64,000 nt of DNA from Picochlorum sp. SENEW3 (taxonomy: Eukaryota), in NCBI GenBank assembly GCA_034226945.1, contig CP120462.1:310001-374000 (forward strand). The letters are read 5' to 3'. The notes below the pieces were generated by a model. The model was not told the DNA's origin, did no database searches, and was given only the letters and a program-made list of their open reading frames with translations. A program made the position numbers and the translations under genes. Within the stretch, counting starts at the first letter, position 1, and every line of letters begins with the position of its first letter. Below, piece after piece: positions 1 through 10,898 of this stretch.

Positions 1-933
1 AATAGCAGCATGGTCTACGGATCATTGAGAAAAAGTGGAGAATTTTCAGATTTGAAGTATTTTGACCAACCTGGAGGGGAAAATCTTCTGCACGAGCTCA
101 GGTTTTTATCAGCAAGTCAAAGAATTTCCACAGCAAAGTACATTGCAGAGAATCAGCTGGATGACAAGGAGAGTGTGATCCTGGCAAGAGCTGTGAAGGA
201 GCAAGAGAGAAGGAAGGGGGAACGAGAAGGATTCTCCGATTCTCCTGGAGATTGTCTCGCATTCAAATACTACAGAGATGCTTTGGAGAACAGCAAAGAA
301 GAAGATGCTCAGAATTATGTTGCCAAAGGCCTGGAAGTGGCGGAAAGTGAAACAGCAAAAGAGGCTCTGCGACGGTTGGAGTCCAACAACAGTGAGGAAA
401 GCCTGTCATCTGCAGAATCTGCTAAATTGGACTTCGTTAGGTTGATGAAAGAAGAAGTAGGGTACCGTCCAATTCCTCTTGTTGGAACATTGCAAAATTT
501 GGTCGTCGATTCTGTGAAAAATGCCCCAAAAGTTACGTCATCAGGAGTCTTTGGCAAATTTTCTATACCACAAGAGGGTGTTAGCTCAGATTGGCTGCCA
601 CTTCCTGCTTGGTCATCTTTGTCGTTGGCAACGCACCCAGTCGCTATTGAGGTACCCAACTGCATGGATGTCCAGGTGTTACGCCGGGTGACACGGATTC
701 AGACGGAGAGGGATGCACTCAAACTGCAAGGTGAAGGTATCATCGTTATAGACATTCATCCAGAAACCACTGATGATCCGACGTCATACTACATAGGTAT
801 TGGAGCAAGCAGTACCTCGTTTGATGTACTGGAACTTAAGGATATCCCAGACCATTCCTCCATCCTTGGGAAAGTTCTTTTTGTCTGTAGACCACCTTCC
901 AGGGATTCCATCGTGTTTGATGCTGAGATTTAG
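1..933 (+). CDS. RAF1: Rubisco accumulation factor 1 (5' end outside the window)
   Basis: GGENLLHELRFLSASQR...LARAVKE...PGDCLAFKYYR matches the plant RAF1 alpha domain; C-terminal LGKVLFVCRPP; frame is open to base 1. Confidence 0.85.
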   Translation, partial: NSSMVYGSLRKSGEFSDLKYFDQPGGENLLHELRFLSASQRISTAKYIAENQLDDKESVILARAVKEQERRKGEREGFSDSPGDCLAFKYYRDALENSKEEDAQNYVAKGLEVAESETAKEALRRLESNNSEESLSSAESAKLDFVRLMKEEVGYRPIPLVGTLQNLVVDSVKNAPKVTSSGVFGKFSIPQEGVSSDWLPLPAWSSLSLATHPVAIEVPNCMDVQVLRRVTRIQTERDALKLQGEGIIVIDIHPETTDDPTSYYIGIGASSTSFDVLELKDIPDHSSILGKVLFVCRPPSRDSIVFDAEI

Positions 934-1035
934 ATTTGCTTTACAGGATGCATTATTTTCTCGAAATTAGTGCCTACACATATAAATCTTTACAAAGATC
1001 ACAAGATTGGAAGAAGAACCAGCAGCAGTTGTTTT

Positions 1036-1434
1036 CTATTTCACTAGAACACCCTGCTGTCCTTTCGAGCCTTCCTTCTTCTCCGATCCCTGAGTTTCCC
1101 CTTTCTCTTTAATTCTAATATTATACTTCTTCTCAAACTCTCTCATCTCCTTTGCTTTCGCTTCCAACTGCTGCTTCGCATTCTCCACAACCCCCTTCAA
1201 ACTATCTCTATTCTTCTCAATCTCTGGTATAACTGATTTCACATCTCTTTCAACAAGAACGTCTCCTACTAAACGCCACGCTTTCTTGTCCCGGTCGCAG
1301 CCACGCAGGGTCTTCAAAACCAAAACATGCTCATCTAGGTCCCCTTGCCTCTCCAGAATCATCCCCGCGATCGCCTCCCGCTCATCTAAAAGCCTTCTAT
1401 ATACTTCTATTATCTGTTGCTCTGTCTCCAACAT
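1036..1434 (-). CDS. PFD2: Prefoldin subunit 2
   Basis: EHVLVLKTL...DKKAWRLVGDVLVERDVKSVIP beta-prefoldin hairpin; C-terminal QGVLV. Confidence 0.9.
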   Translation of the reverse strand: MLETEQQIIEVYRRLLDEREAIAGMILERQGDLDEHVLVLKTLRGCDRDKKAWRLVGDVLVERDVKSVIPEIEKNRDSLKGVVENAKQQLEAKAKEMREFEKKYNIRIKEKGETQGSEKKEGSKGQQGVLVK

Positions 1435-1782
1435 CCTCTGAAGCGTCCCCTACTTGGTCAAAACTGACTTGAATCAGACTGTTCGTATAATGTTAAGTGA
1501 TGCCCCAGATCAACGCTTTGCGTGTGAAATATGAACAAAAATATCGTAGATTTTATTCTTTGGAATATTTCGGGCTCCGTCATGAACCGTCATTTTGAGC
1601 CCAGTGGGCCATGCCGGCACTCTGGAGGGTGCCGCATTGAATGGGCGAGGCCCAATCCCATCCAAAGCAATGTCGACACAATGCATCACCAATCCCTATT
1701 TATTTCCAATTGTAAATGATCATTTGGCTAAATCGGATACAGGATCTTATCGAGTTATTCAGGTATTGACCTGTAGAAACAA

Positions 1783-3549
1783 ATGGTGCAGTGCCAGCTC
1801 CACAGGGTACCTGGTGATGTGGTGAGAGCGCCAAATCAGCAATCACTTAAATTAAAATCGAGCAATATATTTTACCATAGAGGGAAGAAAAACATGACAT
1901 CATCAGTGCTTCATAGAGTTGGTATGAGGCTCAGGTTCTCTTTGGCTGTCTCGGCACACTCTGACAATAGTAGCACATTCCATAGAAGATTGAGCGATTC
2001 TTCGAGAAAATATAGTTCTACAATAGCTCATGCTCAGGCCGAAGCACAGGGGAAAAAAGGTAGCAAGCAGCAGCAGCAGCAAGGTAAAAAGAAGGATGGT
2101 AGTTCTGGAGGGATTACCTCGAGGGAAGAGGACTTTTCTCGCTGGTATCTAGATGTTGTGAGAGAGGCTCAGTTGGCTGATTATGGTCCAGTTCGAGGTA
2201 CCATGGTGATTCGACCATCAGGATTTGCACTGTGGGAGAGTATTCAGTCCCATCTTGATGCAGAATTCAAGGCCATCGGAGTCCAAAATGCATATTTCCC
2301 CCAGCTTATTCCTATTTCATTTTTGCAGAAAGAGGCCGAGCATGTAGAGGGATTTGCTCCTGAGCTGGCCCTTGTGACTCAGGGAGGTGGAAAGGAATTG
2401 GAAGAGCCATTGGCTGTCAGGCCAACTTCTGAAACAATTGTGAATCACATGTTCAGTCAATGGGTTCAGTCATACAGGGATCTTCCTCTCTTGATCAACC
2501 AGTGGGCCAATGTGCATAGGTGGGAAATGCGCACACGACCATTCATCAGAAATTTAGAATTTTTGTGGCAAGAGGGACACACTGCTCATGCAACACCTGA
2601 AGAGGCAGAGGAACAAACAGTCAAGATGCTCCGAGTATACGAGTCATTTGCAAGAGATATTGCTGCTATGCCAGTGGTTGCGGGTAGGAAATCGAAAAGG
2701 GAGTCGTTCGCCGGGGCAAACTGTACATATACTATTGAAGCAATGATGCAGGACAAGAGGGCCCTTCAAGCTGGCACGTCTCACAACCTCGGTGACAATT
2801 TCGCGCGAGCTTTCAAGACACAATATTTGGATGAAAATGGAGAGAGAAAGCACGTCCATCAAAGCAGTTGGGGAGTGAGCACAAGGCTTGTTGGAGGCAT
2901 CATCATGACTCACGGGGATGATCAAGGATTGCGGCTTCCTCCCAAGATGGCGCCGACCCAGATTGTCGTCATACCAATCGCAAAGAAAGGAATGGATATT
3001 GATTCTGTTTTAGAAACAACGAGAAACGTGTATTCTACTCTTACCAAAGCAGGGTTCCGCACAGTGTTAGATGACTCACTTGACCGCACTCCTGGATGGA
3101 AGTTCAACAATTATGAACTTAAAGGGGTACCAATACGCATCGAGATCGGACCTCGCGATGTACAATCTGGATCCTGCGTTGTAGCTCGTAGAGATGTCGT
3201 GGGGAAAGAGGGGAAAACTTTTGGTGTTTCAACAGAGCCTGATGCCCTTGTCGGACATGTTTCCAAGGTTTTGGATGAAATACAGGAGTCACTATTATCT
3301 TCTGCTTTGCAATTCCGTGATGAAAACATCGTCGATGTCTCATCTTATGATGAACTGAAATCTGTGATCGAGTCTGGCAGGTGGGCTAGAGGGTATTGGG
3401 CAGGAACAGATGATGATGAACTCAGAGTAAAAGAAGAGACGAGTGCCTCTCTTCGATGCTTTCCTTTTGATCAACCAGGGGGAAACGGAGTTTGCTTCTT
3501 GACTGGACAAGAAGCCACAGAAGTTGCAATTTTTGCCAAGGCATACTGA
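1783..3549 (+). CDS. Prolyl-tRNA synthetase, organellar (eukaryote/archaeal-type); start may be ATG 1894
   Basis: DFSRWYLDVV, VRPTSETI, QWANVHRWEMRTRPFIR..EFLWQEGHTAH, ALQAGTSHNLG, terminal FAKAY; Ser/Arg-rich targeting extension. Confidence 0.95.
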   Translation: MVQCQLHRVPGDVVRAPNQQSLKLKSSNIFYHRGKKNMTSSVLHRVGMRLRFSLAVSAHSDNSSTFHRRLSDSSRKYSSTIAHAQAEAQGKKGSKQQQQQGKKKDGSSGGITSREEDFSRWYLDVVREAQLADYGPVRGTMVIRPSGFALWESIQSHLDAEFKAIGVQNAYFPQLIPISFLQKEAEHVEGFAPELALVTQGGGKELEEPLAVRPTSETIVNHMFSQWVQSYRDLPLLINQWANVHRWEMRTRPFIRNLEFLWQEGHTAHATPEEAEEQTVKMLRVYESFARDIAAMPVVAGRKSKRESFAGANCTYTIEAMMQDKRALQAGTSHNLGDNFARAFKTQYLDENGERKHVHQSSWGVSTRLVGGIIMTHGDDQGLRLPPKMAPTQIVVIPIAKKGMDIDSVLETTRNVYSTLTKAGFRTVLDDSLDRTPGWKFNNYELKGVPIRIEIGPRDVQSGSCVVARRDVVGKEGKTFGVSTEPDALVGHVSKVLDEIQESLLSSALQFRDENIVDVSSYDELKSVIESGRWARGYWAGTDDDELRVKEETSASLRCFPFDQPGGNGVCFLTGQEATEVAIFAKAY

Positions 3550-3791
3550 ATGTCCGTAATATTTTTCTTTTTAAGCCATGTATGTCGTCTGAAATCTGTA
3601 TTCGTCAGCTAACGGTCTACAGACCGGTCAATAGTCGAGCTTAATGGGCTATCTCTTACATGTTCCACACGATTGTCCGACTTGGATTCCCTTCTAGGGG
3701 AATCGTCGCATCGTGCATCTCCCTTTCGGGATTGTGAAGATAAATTAAAGCAAGCAACACTAAGCAATTAATTTACAAAACAATCTTAACA

Positions 3792-6298
3792 ATGTCTTTT
3801 GCAATCGCAACACAGTCTGTCAGCCTCAGATTCAACAGGCTCTCTGCAAAGCCATGCCGTGCAAGCAGCTCTCGCCGCACATTTGCTGTGCGAATGCAGG
3901 CCTCTGCTGCTGCTGCTCCTCCAGCATCTGGAGAAATCAAGGACAAGAACGCTGAGTTGGCAATCAATGGTACGTGTGTGCTTGTGCGTGGCATCGGAAG
4001 GGCTGACGCACATGATAAGGTTATCCTATTGTCTCGGACGGAGAAGCGACAGACGGCGTTGGAAAATGCCGTCAGCACTGATTTTGTTCAAGACTGGATC
4101 CTTTCCCATATGTGAATGAGGGAATGTGTGTCAGCGACTATTTGTGGGCGACTGCGTCTGTGCGTGTTGGAGGTTGCCGCGATACCCTGGTGTCGTCCCC
4201 TAACAGGGAGGATGCGGGATGGGAAGGTAAAACCAAGACAGACGATAGGGCCCACGTTTCCCTCCCGCTTTTGTCCCTATTTCTGTGGAGCGTCATTCTA
4301 AGAGTATCGAATTCAATTGCAGCCATTCGTTTCCTTTCTATTGATGGTGTGAACAAGGCTAACTCTGGACATCCTGGACTTCCTATGGGGTGTGCTCCCA
4401 TGTCCTATGTCCTCTTCAAGGATTTCATGACAGCCGATCCAAAGGACATAACCTGGTTGAGTCGTGATCGTTTTGTTTTGTCCGCTGGACACGGATCTAT
4501 GCTTCACTACTCTCTCCTTCACTTGATGGGATACGACATGGGAATTGAGGACTTGAAGCAGTTCCGTCAGTGGGGATCCAAGACCCCAGGACATCCAGAG
4601 AATTTCCTGACCAAGGGAATCGAAGTCACAACTGGGCCATTGGGACAGGGAATTGGCAACGCAGTTGGACTTGCAGTTGCTGAGAAGCACTTGGCAGCTC
4701 GCTACAACAAGCCTGGAATGGACTTGATTGATAACTACACATATGTCATCATGGGAGATGGTTGCAACATGGAAGGTATTTCTTCCGAGGCTGCTTCCCT
4801 TGCCGGGCATTGGGGACTCGGAAAGTTGATTGCTTTGTACGATGACAACCGCATTTCCATTGATGGCCATACCGACATCTCTTTCACCGAGGATGTTGCT
4901 GCCCGTTATGAAGCAATGGGATGGCACGTTCAGCATGTGGCTGATGGAAACCATGATATCGATGGTCTCAGAGCTGCCATCGAGAATGCCAAGAGCGTGA
5001 CTGACAAGCCATCTTTGATCAAGGTGTCAACATTGATTGGTTATGGATCACCAAACAAGGCTGATTCCCATGATGTCCATGGAGCTCCTCTTGGACCAGA
5101 TGAGACTGCAGCCACTCGTGAGTACTTGAACTGGCCATATGGTGAATTCGAGGTTCCACAGGAGGCATATGATGAGTTCTCTGCTTTTGCCAAGCGTGGA
5201 CAGGAAGCCCATGCTGCTTGGGACAAGATGGCTGCTGAGTATGCTCAGAAGTACCCAGAAGAGTGGGCAGAGGTTCAGAGCATTTCCACAGGAAAGCTCC
5301 CAGCTAACTGGGAAGACTCTCTTCCATCTTTCACCTCTGAGGACAAGGGACTTGCTACCCGTCTTCACTCTCAGACCATGCTCAATGCCCTTGCCCCAGC
5401 AATCCCAGGATTCTTGGGAGGATCTGCTGATTTGGCTCCATCAAACATGACCTTGATGAAGATGTTCGGAGATTTCCAGAAGGACTCTCCAGAGGAGCGC
5501 AATGTCAGATTTGGAGTGCGTGAGCATGCCATGGGAGCTATTTGCAATGGCCTTGCCTTGTATGCTCCAGGACTTGTTCCATACTGTGCCACTTTCTTCA
5601 TTTTCAGTGACTATATGCGTAATGCTATGCGTATGTCCGCTTTGTCTGAGGCTGGAGTTATCTATGTCATGACACACGACTCTATTGGATTGGGAGAGGA
5701 TGGACCAACCCATCAGCCAATTGAGCACTTGGCTTCCTTCCGTGCCATGCCAAACATGTTGACCATCCGCCCAGGAGATGGTAACGAGACTGCTGGAGCC
5801 TACAAGGTAGCTGTATTGAATGCCAATGCCCAGAATCCAAAGGGAATCAAGAGACCATCTACTCTTGTGTTCTCCAGACAGGGTATGCCAAACATGGACA
5901 CCACCTCCATTGATGGAACCATGAAGGGAGCTTACCCAGTTGTTGAGTGTGCCAACCCAGACATCATTCTTATCGGAACTGGCTCAGAGCTTTCCATGGC
6001 TGTTGAGGCTGGAAAGAAGCTTGAGGCTGAGGGCAAGAAGGTCCGCGTTGTGTCCATGCCATGCTGGGAGCTCTTCGAGGAGCAGCCACAGTCATACAAG
6101 GACTCTGTCCTTACCCCAGGAGTTGCAAAGGTCTCCGTAGAGGCAGGATCTACCTTCGGTTGGCAGAAGTATGTCGGAGAGAAGGGCATTGCCATTGGAG
6201 TTGATGACTTCGGTGCATCTGCCCCAGCTCCAATCTTGTATGAGAAGTACGGAATCACTGTTGATGCCGTCGTTGATGCTGCAAATTCGCTTTGCTAA
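3792..6298 (+). CDS. TKL: Transketolase, chloroplastic; exons 3792-3969 and 4323-6298
   Basis: Splicing G|GTACGT...GCAG|CC restores [32 protein letters not shown] ThDP motif; [19 protein letters not shown]; transit peptide in exon 1. Confidence 0.97.
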
Positions 6299-6384
6299 GC
6301 TTCTATGATTTAGGTTGTCTTAATTTTGTAAAAGAAGCATTCTCTCAGAAGTTTATTTTCATATTTTCCGTATTTACACACTTA

Positions 6385-7962
6385 CTAGCTTAGAGTTTGT
6401 ATCACTATGTCCTTGACCATATTAGCCAATTCATCCACATCTGAAGCGTTCCGAGCTTCAGTATAAATCCGAACAACATCCTCAGTCCCTGACGGTCGCA
6501 CAAACGTTCTTGCTCCTGGATATTTGGCAACTGCATCGTCAATTGCTTGTTGGAGTTCTTTTGGGTGTGCCACTCTTCGCTCTGCATCCTCCGTTTTAAT
6601 TACGCTTCGATCCTTTATCTGAACTTTAAGCTGTTTAGATGGCAGGTCGTGGTACAAAGCCGCCCATTCAGAGAGGCTCCTGATTCTTCTTTTATTCAAT
6701 GCAGCCTCCACCAACAAAATATCACTGATGGCATCCCCAACTGCCTCATTTATGACACTAGATACAGCAAGAAGCTCTTTTGCAGCTTCGCCCTTTTCCT
6801 GCTCTAATGCTGACAGGAAAGTATTCTTGAAAAGAACAGTGCCATGACCGTTTGCTTCAAAATAAATCCCAATATCAAAATTGTGTGCCGCCTTGTGCAG
6901 ATGCTTCACTCCTGTAGGAGTTATCGTGACTTGGCATCCGACATTTTCTTCCAAATACTTTGTACTACTTCCATTAGCATACGCTGTTTGTACAACTCCA
7001 ATGGAAGATGCGCAAAGAGGCTCAGGAAGACAACCCACCAAATCCTTGAACAGGCCTGCGACCAAAGAGGCAATTTTATCCCCATCCAAGAGAACAATGT
7101 CGTTTGATTCGCTGGATTTCCGGTAAAAGTAAACTAGCCTATCTGCATCTCCGTCTACAGCACAGCCAAAATCGTTGATTTGCATACCCATCATGCTAGA
7201 AGGAAGCATCTTCTCTTTCTGTATGTAATCTGATCCACATTCATGATTCAAAACACCATCCCCAGTATTATGCAAAATTACTCGAAGCCCAACTTTCTCC
7301 AAGAAAACTGCCATCTTCTCTAATTTTAATGCACCCACACCATTGGCGCAATCTATGTGAAGTTGCTTTTCAAACCCTTTCCCAACAAGAACTCCAAAGG
7401 AGTTGGACAACAAGGCATAATATGCCTCTTCTGATGGATCCATTCCCCGATTTGTGCGCATTACAGCCCAGTGTAACTGAGGAGTTGTCAGTCTGCCAAG
7501 CAATTTGTATGAAATTCCAAGGCATTCGACCCCAGACGCAGCATCCGTAGCAAGAGACTCCCCACTTGGTCGTGTGTCAAAAGCAATCAAAACTTCACAG
7601 TTTCCTTGATCGCAAGGGATATTCTCAGATTCAATAGCTCCTTTCACAATCTTTAATAGTTTCTCAGGCGATTCTGCCCTTGCCATCTCATCCGCAAGAC
7701 TCTCATATTCCTGAAGTAACATTTCCCCGGTCGGCTCAACTAACTTGACACCATTGTCTGGAGCGGGATTGTGCGACGCAGTAATACATATTCCGGTTGT
7801 CTTGTTTGTTTTCAAGGCTCTCAATGCCATGAGAATGCCACATCGGAAGACAGTTGAAGACAAAAGGTCTGCCTTTGCTCTGAAACCAGCTGTCCCATAA
7901 CTAGGAAAAAAAGATTCTGGCTTGGGTCTTTTAGACGCTGCCTCTAAGATTTTTGCATCCAT
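6385..7962 (-). CDS. PGM3: Phosphoacetylglucosamine mutase
   Basis: YGTAGFR, ITASHNP, DGDADR, YFEANGHGT and FVRPSGTEDVVRIY motifs. Confidence 0.95.
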   Translation of the reverse strand: MDAKILEAASKRPKPESFFPSYGTAGFRAKADLLSSTVFRCGILMALRALKTNKTTGICITASHNPAPDNGVKLVEPTGEMLLQEYESLADEMARAESPEKLLKIVKGAIESENIPCDQGNCEVLIAFDTRPSGESLATDAASGVECLGISYKLLGRLTTPQLHWAVMRTNRGMDPSEEAYYALLSNSFGVLVGKGFEKQLHIDCANGVGALKLEKMAVFLEKVGLRVILHNTGDGVLNHECGSDYIQKEKMLPSSMMGMQINDFGCAVDGDADRLVYFYRKSSESNDIVLLDGDKIASLVAGLFKDLVGCLPEPLCASSIGVVQTAYANGSSTKYLEENVGCQVTITPTGVKHLHKAAHNFDIGIYFEANGHGTVLFKNTFLSALEQEKGEAAKELLAVSSVINEAVGDAISDILLVEAALNKRRIRSLSEWAALYHDLPSKQLKVQIKDRSVIKTEDAERRVAHPKELQQAIDDAVAKYPGARTFVRPSGTEDVVRIYTEARNASDVDELANMVKDIVIQTLS

Positions 7963-8179
7963 ACTGTTTTGAAACTTTTATTTCTGATCCATATCCCGAG
8001 TGAATCGCATTCTGTGGATGGAATCAAGGTGCCCGTGATCAGGAGATCCAGCACGGGCGCCCGTATATGGGATGGGCCGATCTATTCAATTACATACATG
8101 TATCTTTGCACATTGTTCCCGAGTATAATGGATATGGTGTATATTATGGTATGGTATTGGTTCATTCAATGATACTCCC

Positions 8180-8911
8180 ATGATGAAATTGAATCAGCAC
8201 AAGAGGGACTTGGAAAGTGAAGCAAGCAAGAAGAAACTTGAAGTTTTGCAAAGGTCTGACAAGGATGATTGTGTCAGCGTGCTCGTAGAGTCCTTTATGA
8301 CTCCTCATGATCCAATTGCCACCTGGATTTGCGAAAGCACTGGCAATCTTTCAGAGCAGGCCCTTGAAAAGCGAATGAGAAAGACACTCAAATACGTTAT
8401 GAATGGCATTTGTGGAACGTGTTTGAAACATGGGGTGGTCTTAGGCTCCAGAGATGAAGAGGGTAGACTTGTTGGTGTCATATGCTGTAGGGTTCCTGGT
8501 GATCCCACACTGACAAGGAAAGAAGCGATTAGAAAACTTTTAACACATGGGTTGCCTCCCCCATTTCCACATGTATTTTCATGGGGCCTTCAATCCATAA
8601 AACGATTTCAGTCTTTAGATACCATGAAAGAAACGTCCAGGAATCTAAATAGAAAGGAAGAGAAACAATATTGGTACATTGAGGCCTTTGGTATTCTTCC
8701 AGAGTACAGAGGGAAGGGTTTATGTGCTACATTTCTGGGGTGTGTTTCCAAAGTTGCAGATGACCATGGACATTCTATGTTTCTTGAAACCCAGTCTGCT
8801 TCGAACGAGGGTTTATACAAGAGATTTGGATTTGAAACAGTAGAAAGGAAAAATATTGCATCGGCGGCATGCACAAGAGAGCAACATGTTTGGTTCATGA
8901 GACGAGAATGA
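8180..8911 (+). CDS. GNAT-family N-acetyltransferase
   Basis: WYIEAFGILPEYRGKGL motif A; LETQSASNEGLYKRFGF motif B. Confidence 0.85.
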   Translation: MMKLNQHKRDLESEASKKKLEVLQRSDKDDCVSVLVESFMTPHDPIATWICESTGNLSEQALEKRMRKTLKYVMNGICGTCLKHGVVLGSRDEEGRLVGVICCRVPGDPTLTRKEAIRKLLTHGLPPPFPHVFSWGLQSIKRFQSLDTMKETSRNLNRKEEKQYWYIEAFGILPEYRGKGLCATFLGCVSKVADDHGHSMFLETQSASNEGLYKRFGFETVERKNIASAACTREQHVWFMRRE

Positions 8912-8951
8912 GAATGAAAACCTTTATTAAAAGAATATTGAACATGTTTAT

Positions 8952-10484
8952 TTATTTTCGACCTTTCTTTCTAAGAACAGAATACTGGGATGATCTACCT
9001 AGCATAATGTACACAATCGCTGTCACGAGAGCTACGATAATGAATGCAAATGACCAAGAGGTCCCAGCTTCAGTCGATGCACCCTTCTTCTTGTAAACTG
9101 CAGACAGTGTAGAATCTACCATAGTGACAGTTGTCCCATTGTAGTATTTGAACAGAAATTTATAGACATTGTCTTCAAAATAGTCTGTGTCTACAATGCA
9201 GTTGCGACAGTGCTCCTTAGAAGGCCACTGTTGGTGAGGAAAGAGGGGGTCTCCCTTGCCCACAGAATCTTGCTCTCTTGACAACCTATCATTGACAAGG
9301 TTATGCGTCCTCCACAGCCACAGAACACCATCTCTTTTAGTATCGACATCCCTGGCATCTGATTTACCAGCATATTCTAAAAAATGTTTGGCACAATCAC
9401 CGCACTGAAAAAAATGTTGTACAAAACCCCTAATAACATCCAGCCATTCCTGCCCTGATCGACTACCATTCTTCTCTGGCATTCTAACAGATAAAGAATG
9501 GAAAAGCATCCAGAGACCGCAAGTATATCCTCTCGACTCAGAAGTAGATCCCGCACATTGATTCCAAGGCTCACGTGTCAGTCCTCCACATATTTTGAGC
9601 CTTCTAAACATGTCCAGGTCTTGGATTTCCTGAGAGGATTTATCCCACACTTTATTCAGAGAGACCAGGGCTGCGTCTGCTCCCAGAGCACATTCTTTAA
9701 CAGGATGAGAGCTAGCTAATAAATGCAGCCATCTACTCAGAGCCTTCCTTGCATCAGGTCCTTTCAAAAGGGCACTGGATCCAAGATACTCAAAAGACAG
9801 GACAGTCGCTCCAATAATATCCGCCCTATCAGCATGTTTGGGATACACCGTAACCTTTGTATCATCCTCTGTCTTTGGAAGAATGATATCACTCTCCTGA
9901 TGCACATGCTCGCCGTCAACAGACACTTCCCCCTGGTCGTCCTTGGGCTCTGGCAAAACAGATCCCTTAAAGTCCCTATCTAGTAGCTTCTCCAGTGCAG
10001 AGATAACTCCATTGAAATTTCTTCTCCTTGGCTTCACTTCACGTATATTATCCTTTGTTTTAGTAGAAAAATGCACCGGGCTATCGAGAAACATCGTAGG
10101 ATAGCTAGTAATCCCAAAATCATCACATAGCCGTGAGTTCTCTGGACAGTCAACCCGGCCTACAGCCAAAGTGGCAGGTTTCCCATCCAGCTTTCCCTTC
10201 CACGCCTTCTCTTCTTCACCCATAACATTGAAAATGTGAGTTGCAATCTTTTTATAATCCGGTTGGAAAGCTTTACAAGCAGGACACCAGTGAGAATAAA
10301 ATTCAATCAAAACCCAGTCGTACTCCAGGGCCAACTCCGTCACCGTCCCCAGAAAGTTCGCCTCATCCAACTCAATAAGGCCCAGTGTCGCATCTTCTTT
10401 CTTCTTCGCAGCAAAGCAAGCCTGCAACGATAGACTTACAAGAATGGCAACGATCTGACTTGACTGCCTTCCCCGTGCCATCAT
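8952..10484 (-). CDS. QSOX: Quiescin sulfhydryl oxidase (thioredoxin + ERV domains)
   Basis: Signal peptide; WCPAC thioredoxin motif; RGYTCGLWMLFH; FFQCGDCAKHF; WLWRTHNLVN; C-terminal TM helix. Confidence 0.93.
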   Translation of the reverse strand: MMARGRQSSQIVAILVSLSLQACFAAKKKEDATLGLIELDEANFLGTVTELALEYDWVLIEFYSHWCPACKAFQPDYKKIATHIFNVMGEEEKAWKGKLDGKPATLAVGRVDCPENSRLCDDFGITSYPTMFLDSPVHFSTKTKDNIREVKPRRRNFNGVISALEKLLDRDFKGSVLPEPKDDQGEVSVDGEHVHQESDIILPKTEDDTKVTVYPKHADRADIIGATVLSFEYLGSSALLKGPDARKALSRWLHLLASSHPVKECALGADAALVSLNKVWDKSSQEIQDLDMFRRLKICGGLTREPWNQCAGSTSESRGYTCGLWMLFHSLSVRMPEKNGSRSGQEWLDVIRGFVQHFFQCGDCAKHFLEYAGKSDARDVDTKRDGVLWLWRTHNLVNDRLSREQDSVGKGDPLFPHQQWPSKEHCRNCIVDTDYFEDNVYKFLFKYYNGTTVTMVDSTLSAVYKKKGASTEAGTSWSFAFIIVALVTAIVYIMLGRSSQYSVLRKKGRK

Positions 10485-10583
10485 ATCCTCCACAATTGGA
10501 CTCCTCAAAGATGATGCAAATACATAACAATCTGATTTATGACTGCTGTAGAGACATGCGCATCTACATCAATCTCGAATTTC

Positions 10584-10625
10584 TCAAGATGAAAGTCATC
10601 AAGATGAAAATCATCAAGATGAAAG
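10584..10625. repeat. 15-bp tandem repeat, about 2.8 copies (TCAAGATGAAARTCA)
   Basis: TCAAGATGAAAG-TCA-TCAAGATGAAAA-TCA-TCAAGATGAAAG in the divergent QSOX/PolI intergenic region. Confidence 0.85.
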
Positions 10626-10898
10626 AGCATGGGTTCAGCAATCTCGACTGGCACAAGTTAATTCAAAAAATCAAATAAATTTCAAAATCACTGTTGAATG
10701 GTTCTCTGTGAGTGGATTTGATTCATCGTAGGCATATGGGTGCGTTCAGAGGTGGGGGCCGGTCGTACGAGCACCCGCTGTGATACGCAAAACAATTGAA
10801 TTATAAGATTTTAACGCTTATTTGTATCACATGCGTAGAGTATATGCCTTCCTCGACACTCAAGCAAGAATATACGTTCTTTAGAGTAGTAGTGCGCC

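Noticed and set aside
3970..4322. Canonical TPP riboswitch in the transketolase intron
   Set aside because: No CUGAGA junction or ACCUGAU...AUG...CG.AGGGA core was found
4112..4322. N-terminal 70 aa of the 728-aa ORF
   Set aside because: Intronic; the true N-terminus is the exon at 3792-3969
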